Assembly: GCA_030704615.1 (NCBI GenBank)
Contig: CM060732.1
Location: 51,398,001-51,462,000 of the forward strand
Source: Takakia lepidozioides
Taxonomy: Eukaryota > Plantae > Bryophyta
DNA length: 64,000 nucleotides
Direction: 5' to 3'
A program made the translations under genes and the position numbers. Shown piece by piece: positions 48,669-62,098 of this stretch. The notes under the pieces were generated by a model. The model did no database searches, had not been told where the DNA came from, and saw nothing but the letters and a program-made list of their open reading frames with translations. Each line of letters opens with the position of its first letter. Position 1 is the first letter of the stretch.

Positions 48669-51600
48669 TGTCAAGATAAATAAACACAGTGTGAAACTAA
48701 CTAGAATAAAACTAGTTATTTGTATTTAACACTTAGGTTTAGTTCAAGTGTTAAGTCAGGTGTCAAGTTTGAGCTTGACACCTGAACCATCTTATCTTCA
48801 CGAGAGCGTCAATCGCGCAGCTCATCTCTCTCGAGTTGAGCCTGCGCGACCGAGCTCCTTCATGCTTTAGAATCTGAGTGTGCTTATGTAGGGGTATAGG
48901 TTGTTGTGGGGTGGAGTCCCCATAGCTTGGGGTGCCCCTGGCTCGACTATTATATTAAAGAGTGATGTTGATGGATTTCATGTTTCTTGTGTGAACAGTG
49001 TGTTTTGAGTTTTCTTATCACTCGAGAGAGATGACCTCTTACCTGTGAGTGCAAGGTAGGAGTTGAGGGTTAGCACTTGTATGATTACCTGTGTGTAAGT
49101 AGTGCTTAGTTTAAGAAGCTTAAAAAACAAAAAAGAAACATGTAGGTTTCGATCATCTTTGGTTTCTGGGTGGTGGGGGAGGAGATGGGAGTGGAACGAG
49201 CTCCGCTGACTGTGCAGCGATGAGCGCTGCGTGCTTGGTTGAACTCTTCCGTGGTTGACAATTGCAGGTTGCGGGTGCTGCGGGCTTACCAAACAGATAT
49301 GGCCAGTTCTGTAGCAGACAAGTTCGCTGTAGAATTTTGAGAGCTCAAACGCGAAGAAAAGTTGTGATTTTGGATGGCGAGAGACTGAGGAAGTCGCAAT
49401 GATTTGTACGCATGCGCTCCGAAAGCCAGAGAGAGGCTGGGGTTCTTGCAGGAGGAGGCTCTTTCCGGAGTCTTGGAAATCATCGAGTGTGCAGGGATGG
49501 TCTGGAGAAATTTGAGTTGTGCAGCCTGAGTCTGGCTGACTAGTCTGATCCGGTTGGGTTGCTGAAGAGAGCAATAAAATCTTGGGTACATCTGAGTGTG
49601 CAGCGGTAGGCAGTGATTCGGGGGTGTGTTTGTTCTGGACAATCTTGGCCTGGAAGGCAGGTTGAAGTCAACTAAGGCATTGCCATGCGCCGAGGAGTCG
49701 TTATGTGATCTCTCGGCGAGACCCTATCATTTCGGGAAACGACGTTGATAAGTTGTGGCTGCTAAATCAAAGCCTCGTACATAGAGAGAGAGAGTCAACT
49801 GAAAGATGTTGATGTCAGTCACCAACTGCTGAGATGGGGCTGAGAGTCATGCATGGCGAGCCTGGCTCAACGTAGGCGTGATTATAGGAGTGCCAGTTGG
49901 CTACCACTACAATGACACTCTAATGGAATGCAACATGTGGAGAGAACGCCGAAAAGCAATGCCGTAGCCGAAGAGCCTGTGATTGCAGTGGTTAGGCCAG
50001 CTGTGGGCCATAACGATCCTTTGAGTCCTGTGAGTGATTCCCCACCCATATTTTCCAGTGCTGGTGCCAAGCAGCTGAGAAGATCTCGGTCGATTCCTTC
50101 AGGTGTACGAGGCCACGCAACTACTCCTGTGTTCCCTGGTCCATTGCTCCCCATTGTCAGGCGCTTAAAACAGCTCCCCAATTTCTACTTACACTGACCG
50201 GAACAATGTAGGATCAGGGGATACAAAAGGGAGAAGCAAAGAACTAAATGCAGATGTTGGAATCAAATATGGCAGTACACACCATATTGCCAAAGAGATT
50301 GAGGACGATCAGGATATGGGTGCAAAGTAGGATTCTAAACTAGAATTAGAGACTGGAAAAATTGGCAGAAGTAATGGCAAGCAGGTGCAGGGTTTTACAG
50401 AAACAGGGAAGAGATGTTCTGCCAAATACTCTCGCCGTCAAGCCAAGTGCACCTGAAAGCTCTGTGATATCGAAGGGATCCACCAATGGGACAACTTGTT
50501 TTTCCTCTCACACTGGCAATGTCATATGTGGGAGTCAGTTCCTCGGTTTCACCTCCGATGTGGTAGATGTATTGTGCAAGTCCAGCAACCATCCACGAAT
50601 CTTTCGATTGCAGGCCGCCTGTCCATAAGCCATGAAGGTGCTGCGCAGTGCATCTCTTGACCTGCTCTTGAAATCGCCCTAGGGTGTGATACCCCATCCA
50701 TAACTGAGGTCGAGTCTTGGAGTTGGAGAGCTCTTGGTGCCTGGAGAAGCCTGGAGGGGAACAGCCTCGGGAACCCGTAGATAACCTGGGAACAGTTTTT
50801 AATGGCGAGAACGTTTTGGTGTTAAAATAAAATAAAACCTTTTTGATCTAATTCAAATGATTTAGAGCCTAATTGGTCATATCTTTGTCAAATGGACTCC
50901 GTTTGACTCAGTTTTTGAGGGGATAGCTGCAAAAAGGGGATATCTACCTATCCTAGACCTGGTTTTAGTTTTTTGGACTCTGCTAAAAATCTATGAAATT
51001 TTTTGAGTGTGAGTGTGCTATGAAAGATCCACAATTATGTTTCTAGAATCTGTTGTGGTCTACATGAGAGATAAATCTGGGGATGTACTCCTTGTATGAC
51101 TGGGGGAAATGAGGACGTAATTGAAGGGCAGGTCTCTTCTCTTAGCCTCTGCACACAAGGGGACAAGATTTATGTTTCTCAAGGGGCTCAGACTGACTTG
51201 AGTGGAGAGCAGTTGGACGGGTTGATTGCATACTGGGAGTCAGGCATTAGCAATAGACAACACACTGCTGTAGTTGGCATTGAGGGCCTCAATATTGCTT
51301 TGGACAGTCAGAACTCTGTTGGAGCAAGCAGTTCTGCAGCTGTAGGTGCAATACCAAAGTGGGTGAAAGCTAGGCTTGGAACACAGCCAAAGACAGCCCC
51401 GGGGACCAAGGTGTTCAGCCACAAGGCCGTGGTGTACTGGAGTAGAGGAGCAGGAGCTACACAAGTTTGTGCAATCAGACAGCGTTGCAGCCGGACACGC
51501 TCTGCACAAGGCAACCATGAGCGGGGGTTCATTAGCAAGGACAAGTTTGTTCTGTTTGAAGGAGATGCAGTCATTTGCAATGAGGACACCCGCAACCGTC

Positions 51601-52550
51601 TCAAAGCTTTCGAGTTGAGAGACTATCAGACCCTACCTTTGTTTTCCTTAGTGTTCAGTGAGCAGGAGATAGCAGAGTGTTGCTTTGTCTCTACCTGGCA
51701 GAAAGAGGAGGAGGGTTGGTTAGAGCGAGCTACTGTAGCTTGGGACAAGGTTAGTGGCAGGTTTCTAGACATAGATATACCTCCTACACCTTACCATCAT
51801 GCAGAGCGAGGCACTTTGAGAGAAGTCTGGCAGTTGATAGCATAGATCAGGATTAGATCTTGCTTGGTCGGGCCTCTATTCTTCCCCTCCCTCTTGTTAC
51901 TATTTCCATTACTTTGTACTTGTAGTTTCCAAAGCCTCTCTTGGTGGAGGCCAGTCAGTCCGGGGTTTTGGGCTGGGATATTCTGCAGAATCAGCATTGC
52001 AAATGGATTTTGGTGTGGGGGTGTTGATGTTTTGATTTCTTGTGTTTGGATCCCCCCCAACACCTGCATGCTTGACTGTGCGTCATGTTGGTTTTGTGTG
52101 GGCGCTTGCTTTCATAGGGATTAGGCCGGATTTGATCACCGGTCAATCCTAGAGTATGTTGTCGGTGGTGAGGCTGGAGTGATGACCAGCCAACCATATG
52201 AGTTCTTGCGGTGGATGCAGGTGCAGGTGCCCTGAGCCACTGGGATATGACCCTTAAACTGCAACAGGTGCCCACCCGTGTCACTATTAGAATTAGTACT
52301 AGAGCATTATAGTGTCACGTGGGGGAGGTGCACATTGTGAGTGTCATCACGGAGTTACCCAAGGGTTTTGAGGGGAGTACGGCTACAGGTAGTAACAGTG
52401 AGAGTGGGTTCACAAGACGAGGTATTCGGTTCAGACCACCTTCACCTCCACCCTCAACTACTGTAGAGTCAGACACAGACTCGGAGGCTTCATCAACAGG
52501 TGTGCAGTTTCATTCGCCATTGTTGTGGGACAACATGGAGGAGATGTATG
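48669..52550 (+). mobile_element. DNMT-Gypsy family copy 4, 5' part (A1, PBS, cargo, ORF0, start of gag), interrupted by a nested Gypsy element
   Basis: A repeat at 48669-49020 with no B upstream; PBS 49021-49034 perfectly complementary to 48822-48835; ~50838-52550 collinear with ~5044-6767. Confidence 0.93.
51096..51845 (+). CDS. ORF0, extra ORF upstream of gag, 249 aa, unknown function
   Basis: Open frame from ATG; conserved with 5299-6030, including several synonymous differences. Confidence 0.75.
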   Translation: MTGGNEDVIEGQVSSLSLCTQGDKIYVSQGAQTDLSGEQLDGLIAYWESGISNRQHTAVVGIEGLNIALDSQNSVGASSSAAVGAIPKWVKARLGTQPKTAPGTKVFSHKAVVYWSRGAGATQVCAIRQRCSRTRSAQGNHERGFISKDKFVLFEGDAVICNEDTRNRLKAFELRDYQTLPLFSLVFSEQEIAECCFVSTWQKEEEGWLERATVAWDKVSGRFLDIDIPPTPYHHAERGTLREVWQLIA

Positions 52551-53460
52551 TGTCGCGCGGCTTTTACTCACCCATCCCTTCGCTATCCGAGGCGGAAACT
52601 CCAAGATAGAAAAGTTGGAAATCTCTAAGTACTCAGCCCGCGCAGAACAATCAGTCATGAACACAGCTCATGGGTGTTTCCTATTTGTTTCCCTTTCGCA
52701 TTCATCTTAGCTACCTTACCATTGATAATTAAGTTTAGTTTTCATCAATCTAAATTCGCTTCAATCTCTCTACATTCATCGGTATCTCATCATGTTGTAT
52801 GGAGAAGCCATTATCTAATCTGCTCTACAATATCACTACGCTTTGCATATAACAAGCATCTACTAATCCTCTTTCCTCCTTCACCGTGCTCTCCATCTTT
52901 TGCTTCCGATCTCCGCTCCAGCCTGACTAAGAAGTCCTCCTCCGAATGATGATCCCCCTCAATTCCCCGTTTTCCCTTTATCTTCCTATCCGCAGTTCTA
53001 ACCGTTTCCCTCACTAACCGTCGTCTGTGAACTAACATGTTCCCTTCGCAGGTGTTGTTCCCCACAGTCGTTCCCTGTCCTACTCTTCGTTCCCTATGAT
53101 CGTGACAGCTGTGTCAAGTTGTGACTGGCTGTGAAACTGTGACGGGCTGTGACTGGCTGTGCGACTGTGTTTGGCTGTGTTGTGTGTGGGTTGTGACGAC
53201 TGTGACGGTTGTGTTGGCTGTGTGGGCTGTGACGACTGTGACGGCTGTGTGGGCTGTGTGGGCTGTGACGACTGTGACGGCTGTGTTGGCTGTGTGGCTG
53301 TGACGACTGTGACGGGGCTGTGTACTGTGTGTCTGTGTAACCCCCCTCTACAGTGCGCTGCTGTCACCCCTAAGGCTCCTGTTGGTCTCAGTCTGTGCAA
53401 AAATTAAGGGTACCCTACAGATCCCGTATAAGTGTCTAAGTCCCCTACAGTCCTCTAACA
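52551..53460 (-). repeat. 3' LTR of the nested Gypsy element, containing a 36-bp (9-bp subunit) minisatellite at ~53190-53315
   Basis: Minus strand begins TGTTAG right after the PPT and ends CGCGACA at the junction with copy 4 gag; the partner LTR is outside the window. Confidence 0.75.
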
Positions 53461-53491
53461 TTACCCCTTCCCCCCTCAAAAAGCCGTGTCC

Positions 53492-56400
53492 TCACGGTTT
53501 ACTGTTTCCGAGTAGCAAACCTTTGTGAGTGAGCACCTGTTGACGTTGAGAGTTTCGTGGCGGACTGTGTGTACGAGCCCGAGGTCTGTCTCTGGTTGAC
53601 GGAGATGGTTGATCACTACCTGGATAAGTGAGGCCCTCTGGAGGCTGATATCGAGGTAACCTTTCCGGCATAGGAGACCCCCGTCGCTTCTTTTCTGCCA
53701 TCTGAATTGCATAGTCTTCTCCCATGTCAAAAGAATTCTGTGAAGAAACAGTTGTATCAGAATCCTCATCACCTCTCAGATGTTTTAATTTTCGAACCTT
53801 TTGTGGAATCATCTGGGGCATACAATGCTGTCCTACCATGTCTGGAAGTTTGCATTTTACAACTTGGTGTAACCGCTGAACAGCAAAATTGGTGTAGACA
53901 CTGAGCTCCTTGTCTGTCCAGGTGAGTGGGGTACCAATTACTGGTGCAGCGTGCAAGTACTTCCATGCCACATGTCCCTTATAGAAAATGTCATCAAGTC
54001 CGAATTTCTGTGTTGAAAATGGTTGCAGGCTGCTTGAAACCATGAACGAATTTGAGAATCCTTTTGCATCATAACTTTTGGGTCATATAGGTACATATGA
54101 GGTGGCACCGAAGGTAATACCCAATGATCTCCACTGGAATAACTTTGAAAGCGTGTTTGCATCTTTTGTTGCTCAATGTGGTAACGTACCAGAAAACAAG
54201 CAGCGTAGTATAGCCCGCACCCCATGACAATACTTGCTATCTCCTTGGTCTTGGTATAAATGAGTCCATGTACAACCTGGAAAGCAACCAATTCCCTCAA
54301 CATGGTACCTGCCTCGTGCCAGTATTGTGCAAAGTGATGATCTTCAATATGTCGATTGTTTGGAAGAACTTTAGTCCTAGTTGCCACTGGCAGCCAAATA
54401 CGCATGATTTGGTAGTAATGTGCGAATGACTGCGGAGGACTAAATTCTTTCCAAGCCAAATCCAACATGATGGGAATTTGGTTGAAGGGCATAAGCATAG
54501 CCCTGCTGTACTCCCTTGCAGCTGGAGTTTTAGGTGGGTTAAAAGCGGCATTGCCCCATACCTCCGGCTGTGGTGGCTGTGGTGTGGTTGTAGTAACCAC
54601 AGGTTCAGCTACTGGTACATTGACCTGTTGTGGTGGTGGTGGTACTGGCTCCTGTATCATTGGCATCTCCTGCACCTCCTGTGAAGACTGAAAAGCCAAA
54701 GTTCTGGCTTGTAAATAAGAAGCCATTAGCTGTTCCTGAGGGATATAGACTCTTTGGTCGATGTTTGAAGTGAGGTCTTCCACTTGAGTCTGGAGTCCGT
54801 CTACATCCTCTTGTAACTCTGCTATCCTACTATAGACATTGTCTATAGTAGTTGTGGCAATGTTCTGCACCTGCAGCCTGAGCTCATTCATCTCGCTTTG
54901 GGTGAGCTTCCGTGGGCTTTGCCCTCTACTGGCCCTTGTGCTAACCAGACCTGCATAAGGCTGTTATCCACCAAGCTGCTTGTGGTTCCCCTGAGAGTTT
55001 GCTCCTCTCTTAGCTTGTACAATTCCAACTGCTGTTGTAAAGCCTCCATGCGCTTCGCCTGAGGTTCAACCAATTGCGCATAAGCAGCAAGTAGATTATT
55101 GGCTTCCTTCCAAGCCTTGTTATTGACCGCGATTTCATTTCTATTGGCCATGATGGTTTGTTGCAACTCCACGATGTGTTCTCTTGATCAGCTTCAATCT
55201 GCCTGTATTGCTTGAAAGTATCTTCATTGCGACAGATTGTATTCTTCATATCGACAATGAGCTTCATTTGCTCAACATTCTCTTCTTCTGCCTTCGTACA
55301 TTTTTCCGCTTGACTGTTTATTTCTTTTGTAGATTGGTCAAGCATAGTTGTAAATGTAGCACATTGTATCGCCATCCTGTTATGCACTGTCTGCAACTCC
55401 GTATGTAGTGCATTCAGTTCTTGCAACTTGCTTTCATGCTGCACCTGCATTTGGTATAGCTGTTGCTTATGTGCTTCGTGCAACTGGTCTTGCGCGAGGC
55501 CTGCCTCAATCAATTGTTGCTTGGCCAATTGCAAAGCCATTTCTGTATTTCCCAAGTCCTGCTTCATCTTGAGAGTGACCTCTTCATCGACCTTGTTTGC
55601 ACACTCAGTGGCAAGTCGAGCCTCAAACTCCTTCCTGAGTTCCTCTTTCAAGGCTGTCAATTGGGTAATTGGAACATGGGATTTGACATAAGTCCCCAAC
55701 AAATTAAGTGTCCTGCCTATGGAACTCATCAGCATTGCCTGTTGAGGGTCATCATGGTGAGGTTGCTGCTGTTCCTCCTGATCTTCAACAGTGTGATGTC
55801 TCACTAACCATTCAGGCCATTGTCCCACCGGATTTTCTTCCTGAACTACTTCATCTATCACCGGTGCTACAGTGTCATGACCTTCCGCCTGTGGTACCTC
55901 CGACACAGGTGTGTGTATTATATGCACCTCAGGATTTCCTTGGGCAACTGTTGCACCTCTGGGATTTCTGTCTCCTTGACCAGACCAGAATATTCATAGA
56001 GAAGGTCCCCTTTCTCTATTTCTGCCACTATCTGTTCTGTAGTTGGAATATCTATCCCTTCACTTTCCAAATCAATTATTTCGGGTTGAGCTGCATGGAT
56101 AACTTGTGACCTTGTGACAAGTCGTTCAAGTGGCTGTGTTGGTTGTGATGCAGAAGTAACTTCCTCCTCCCCTCTGAAGGTCCTGCTTCCAGTAATAGCA
56201 TTTCTGTGCTGCTGTGCCCCTTCCTGGCCATGAGCTTGGGAAACATTATCATGCGGAATCCGTGAAGCCAGTGGATCCGCCACTACAGTCTTTCCCCTTC
56301 TCTGCCTCTTAGTCTCGGGTTGTGCTGCTAGTCCACCCTCACTGTGTGAAGAGCCTTGCTCTTCCATTGCAGTTGTTTCTGGCTCAAACACTCCCATTTC

Positions 56401-57667
56401 CTTCCTTTTGTGCATTAAGTATGCCAGAATTAAGGATTATTTGAGCAATGATTGGGCCAGACACTATGATAGGAGACTTTGCGGTAGTACCTTGTAATCT
56501 TTTCATCTCCTCTACTAGTGCGTTGTACATTATGTCCGCCCATTGTACCTCTTGTCCCTTCAGGCCTTTGAGTATTTCCTCTGTGAAGGATCTGCTCAAA
56601 TATTGTTGGTTCTGTTTCAGGGCAATCAGAACGTTCAATACCTGGCCTATCTCTTTTAACCCTGGGTACACAGCTTTGGTACAAGCATAACCCTGAGTTT
56701 TAAAGAAACTCCCTTCTTGGAATAAGTCCCCTATTTGCAGTCTTGCCCTGTGTTCCTCCACATGCACCTGACCTGCTGGCAATCGAAACAATTGCTGGAG
56801 GTATAGGGGAGTAATCATTAATTCAACTCCCTTCACCGTTGTTGTTCCTGTCCTTGGCTCAAAGTTCTGCAAAAATTGTAACATGTACTGTCTATGGTGT
56901 AGTGTCCAATCTAGGCTTTGCAATCCTTCCAATCTCAGCTCCTCCAGTATCTTTATCGCCTGTGGGGTAGCCATCGTTTGTTTCTGCAGAATTGTGGTGC
57001 TCTTCACCCTGATTTCCTCCATTCCTCTCACTCTCTTCATTTTAGACTCACAGAACTGCTTTGGCTGTAACAACTGCAGGAATGCCTGTAGTGCACAAAG
57101 CATAAACGTATGGTTGCCGCAGAAAGCTATGGGTAATTTCTTGTAAGCCTGCGGGGCTTGCAAGCATTGCTCAAGAGAAAAGCTCTGCTCTTTCCTTTCG
57201 TGTCTATGCCACTGCGTAAGTAATATTGCGAGCGTATAGTCTGTTAGTTCCTCCATAGTTTCCAAGTTATAGCATTTATGGCCTGTCCTGTCGAGACGCC
57301 CGTTACTCAGAACGACGCCGCCTCTTGCGCTCAATTTCCCTCCATTTTCTTGATCCTTTCTCTGGTTTTCTATTGGCTGTATCCGCTGTGACTGGATTTT
57401 AAATTTTATCTTCTTTAGTGGACTTTCCCTGTTGGATAGTCCACTAGGATCACACATGTGACAAGAATTCGGCTTTTCTGTACTTGCCGTTCGTTCCGTT
57501 TCCCTTTTTCCGTACTCATTAATGGGCCTGCTTTCATCCCTTTTGACGGCCGTTCTTGTCTCTTTCTTTTTCACCTGTCCTTGCACTTCATTCTCTGCTG
57601 TGTGTCGCGCCCTGACCTCCACGTGTCTATTTTTAAAGTAATTTCCGTTTCCTCTTCCGTCAGCCAT
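53492..57667 (-). CDS. Extra sense-strand ORF(s) between integrase and 3' LTR, probably one long frameshifted protein
   Basis: Six overlapping ORFs (427, 165, 305, 94, 317, 183 aa) tile the region; N-terminal part has a plant-retrotransposon extra-ORF-like pattern (LQFLQNF...TVKGVELMITP..LQQLFRLP...VQWA); long coiled coil in the middle. Confidence 0.7.
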
Positions 57668-57764
57668 TTTCCTGAAGTTATTATGTGTCCACTTGTCACT
57701 GATTCTATGGATCGTGTAACTTTAGTAGGCTGTGTTGAGCTGTGACAGGCTGTGTCATACTGTG

Positions 57765-60700
57765 TTACACTGTGATGGCTGTGATGTGGTAAGCTGTGAT
57801 AGGCTGTGACACGCTGTGGTAGGTGTTATAGTGTGTTGCGCCGTGCTGGGCTGTGATAGGCTGTGTTGCGCCTGCTGGGCTGTGATAGGCTGTGTCACGT
57901 CGTGATGGGCTGTGATAGGCTGTGTTTGTTTTGCCCACCCTGGTCATATATGCTGGGCCTAGCGACAAGTGTTCCATACTCCGTTCGTAACACTGGTGCA
58001 GCCCGTGACTGCTCTTGCGTTCAACATGCAAATCATGCTGCAGGGTTTTGTCATGGATACCACTGTACCCCTTCAACTTATTTGCATTGACTCTTCCCAG
58101 CATTTCTTTGTTAATGGTTTGTAACATGGCGGTGTTGTTATCATACATCTTTTGTATGACATAAGGTCCTTTCCATGGTGATTTAAGCTTAGAAGCTTGA
58201 ATCTTTCCTTTCTTCTGCAACCATAGAACCAAATCCCCCGTCTTAAAAGTCTTTAACTTGCCTTCATCAAACTGTTCCTTTCGCTTCATCTGAATTCTGG
58301 TCATATTATCAGCTGCATCAGCACGTACTTCTTCCACATGGTATAATTCATGTTTCCTGACCTTGATGGAGTCTTGCAATTCCATTCTTTTTCCCCACTC
58401 CGTTCTCATGGTAGGTAACAGGAATTCCACTGGAAGTAAGGCTTCCATACCATAAACTAATTGGAATGGTGTATACTTAGTGGTGACTTTATATGAAGTC
58501 CTGTATGACCACAAAGCTGTCAGCAGCTTTGTATCCCAATCCGTTCTGTTTGCATTGACTATCTTAGCCAAGATAGTACATAGTATTTTGTGGTAGCCTC
58601 TGCCTGCCCATTACCCTGTGGGTAATATGTTGTACTCTTTCTATGCACAATCATAAACTCTTTAGTCAACAACTCAATGGTCTCATTCATGAAGTGACTT
58701 CCTTGATCACTGATAAATTCTAAGGGACAGCCAAATCGTGTAAGTATGTTCTCGTACAGGAACCTTGCTGTGGACTTGGCTGTGTTGTCCCTCAAAGCTT
58801 TAGCTTCCACCCACTTTGTAGTATAATCAGTGGCTGTAATTATGTACCTGTTTCGTGTATTCTTGGATGGTGGGTTAATTGGTCCAACAAAGTCTAGTCC
58901 CCATTTCTGAAATGGTTCCGTAGGCATTGTAGGATGCAAGGCCATCCTTCCAGATCTCTGCAAAGGTCCTAGCCTCTGACATTCATCACACTTCTGACAA
59001 TACTCGTGTACATCTTTGAACAAAGTAGGCCACCAGTATCCTGCGAGTAGTATCTTTCTACTGGTAGTCTCTTCTCCAAAATGACCTCCAGCCACTCCTT
59101 TATGAACTTCCTCCAAGACTTTATTTACTTCATGGTGGTACAAGCATCGTTTTAGTACCCATCAGGTCCTAACTTATACATTCTGCTTCCTACCATAGTA
59201 TAAGGTAAAGCTTTGATAGCAATTCTCTTCCTCTGCTCCTTACCATAACTAGGTGGGCACTGACCATGAGCAAGGTAGTATCTGATTGGCCACTGCCAAT
59301 CTAACCATTCATCTGCACTTCCTTGCACCTCCATTACAAATAAACTCGCATCAGGTAACTGATCGTCCACTCCTGTGGCGGCCTCTCCTGTTGTTAGTCG
59401 TGACAAATGATCTGCCACAAGATGCAAACGGCCAGGCTTGTAAACCTCGAACTCAAACTCATGCAAGATTATTAACCACCTCGCTATCCTTCCACTTATC
59501 AAAGGTTTGTTCACCAGATATATCAGAGCCTGGTGATCCACATAAAACATAAACTTTCTTCCCAATAGGTAATGCCTGAATTTCTTGACTGCATAAATCA
59601 TTGCCAATGCTTCTCTTTCCGTTGTACTATAGTTCCTCTCAGCACTGTTCATCAACCGGCTAGCATAGTACACAGGTGAATCTATATTCCCTGTAACATT
59701 CTGGGCTAACACCGCACCCAACGCTTCTCCTGATGCATCGCAGTGAACATGAAATACTACATGCCAGTGAGGGTTAATCAGCACAGGTGTAGTTACTGAC
59801 AGTGTAAGTTCCTCAAACGCCTGTTGACATTCAGCTGTCCAGGCAAACACTGCATCTTTCTTCAGAAGCTTGCTCAATGGTGCTGCTATTTGTGCATACC
59901 TTTTGACAAATCTTCTGTAATAACTGGTTTGCCCAAGGAATCTCGTAGACTTTAACATTCACTGGGGTGGAGAGGCTTTAATGGACTCTGTCTTCTGGGA
60001 TCCACAAGGAGTCCCTTCTTACACACAATGTGTCCCAGAAGCACCCCTGAGTTCACACAGAAAGTACACTTCTCTGGATTCAGGCCCAGACCTCTCATCC
60101 TGCATCTGGCCAAACATAACTCCAATTTATGCAAGTGCTCACTCTTAGAGCTGTACACACTGAAATCATCCAAGAATACCTGCATGAAATCATCCAGATA
60201 CTCATGAAAAGATTCACTTATCACTCTCTGAAAGGTCGCTGGTGCATTACAAAGTCCAAAGGGCATGACTTTGTATGCATAAGCCCCCCAGTCTGTGATG
60301 AAAGCTGTTTTCCCTTGGTCTTCTTCTGCCACTTGCACTTGATTATAACCACTGAAGCCATCCATGAATGAGTACATCTCATGGCCTGCCACAGTGTCTA
60401 ATACTGCTTCTGTGAATGGCAAAGGGAAAGGATCTTTCTTCGTACAAGCATTCAGCTTCTTATAGTTCACACATACTCTTAGTTTGCCATTCTTCTTGGG
60501 AACTATAACAATGGGTGACAACCAAGTTGTATACTCTATTGGGTATATAAACTTAGCCTCAGCCAACTTCTTTATCTCTTCTCCAACCTTCTGTGCGTAG
60601 TTGGGATTCATTCTATACCTCGCCTGCTTGATTGGTACTGACCCTGGTTCCAGTTCAATCTTATGCTGACAGACTTCAGGTGGTATCCCTTTTAGATCCT

Positions 60701-62098
60701 CATAGCTCCAAGCAAATACATCTCTGTATTTGATGAACAAGCTTTTAGCTTCTTCGAAGAATTCCGGCTCCAAATCAGCTCCTACTTTCACATCCTCGGT
60801 TCCTCGGTCCTCCGAGTTCCCACATTTACTTCTCTCGCCTGAGTTCCCACACTTCTCTCACCTGCTCATCAGCTGTGATTGTCCAACCAGTCACCACTTC
60901 ATCCTGTAAGCTCACAGTGGCTGGTTCTTCTAGGATTTCTATTTCTCCTTCTCTTTCTTCATAGAAATGTGATGGGTAAATGCTGGTTTCCTCTTCAGTT
61001 GGTGTTGCTGTCACTACACCACAGCAGATACCTCTCAAACAACTTAGGCTTTCCAGCCGCATCTCTGCAACCTGCTCCCACTCTGGGTGTGCAGCAAATA
61101 GGGTAGCTTCCTGCTCCTCATCCAGTCCTCCTCTCCAGTCATACTCTCTGACTCCTCGAGGTCTTCTTGTAGCAGGTAATACTAGATTTCTTTGTGGTAA
61201 TTTGTATCTCGTGTATCCCATTATGCACGGTTAGTAACTGAGAATTCCAGTCATGGAATACCCTGGCCTGTTTCAGCCACGGACGTCCCAATAATAAGGA
61301 GTAAGCCTCCATGACTTCATCCATTTTTAATACAGTTACTGTGATCATAAAGATCATTTTCTGTATCTGTATCTTAACTCCTCTTATTAATCCCAATGGC
61401 TGTACACTTCTTTGATCTGCCATTGTTACTGTAAATGGGGCTGGTTTCATGTTACTTAGACCAAGCTTCTTCCTTAATTGGTCTGTCATGATATTTACTC
61501 CAGAACCACCATCTATCAGTACATCAGTTAGTTCTGTGCTTCCAATTCTCAATTGGATTACTGGCATAGAATCATCAAAGTCCATGACTGGTTCTCGCCC
61601 TTCCGGCTTCACATTATAACTGGTCACCTTGCTGTTCAGGTCTGTGTTTCCTGTCTCTTGGGCAATTCGATTGATTGCCTGATACAGCCTGTGCCTACAA
61701 TAAGGTGCCACAGCTAATAGCTGTCCAATGGTAATTTCTGCTTTGGTCTGACATATTACTTCAGCCAAAGTCTCTTCATTACTTTGCATGTCTGCATCTT
61801 CTTTTTTCCTTTCTTCCTCACTCCCTTCTTTTTCTCCATCCGAATCAGAGGAATCTGCCACAGGAATATCAGTACTCTTTTGCATTTCCCTTATAGTATC
61901 TGCCACTTCCTTGTGCAGTTCCTTCTCATCTTTCCAAGTCTCTTCATCTTCAGGCATATCATTGCCACTTCCAGTCTCATCTTCTTCCTCTTCTACTGGA
62001 GGTATTAGTTTGGCTTTACTTCTTGTTACTATCATTGTACTTACTTCTGGTACAAACACATGGCCTAACCATGTGAGCTGCCACCACTGGGCCCTCAT
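57765..62098 (-). pseudogene. pol: Pol (protease, RT, RNase H, integrase) of the nested Gypsy, frameshifted
   Basis: ORFs 61139-62098 (protease), 59952-60791 (RT), 59152-59958 (RNase H, CDASGEALGAVL), 58559-59143 and 57765-58571 (integrase, WGLDFVGP, ISDQGSHF, WKGPY); no chromodomain. Confidence 0.95.

Noticed and set aside
53080-53407. Metallothionein-like (CDDCDGCVG) and QPTQPSQSS ORFs
   Set aside because: Both are translations of a 36-bp minisatellite inside an LTR.
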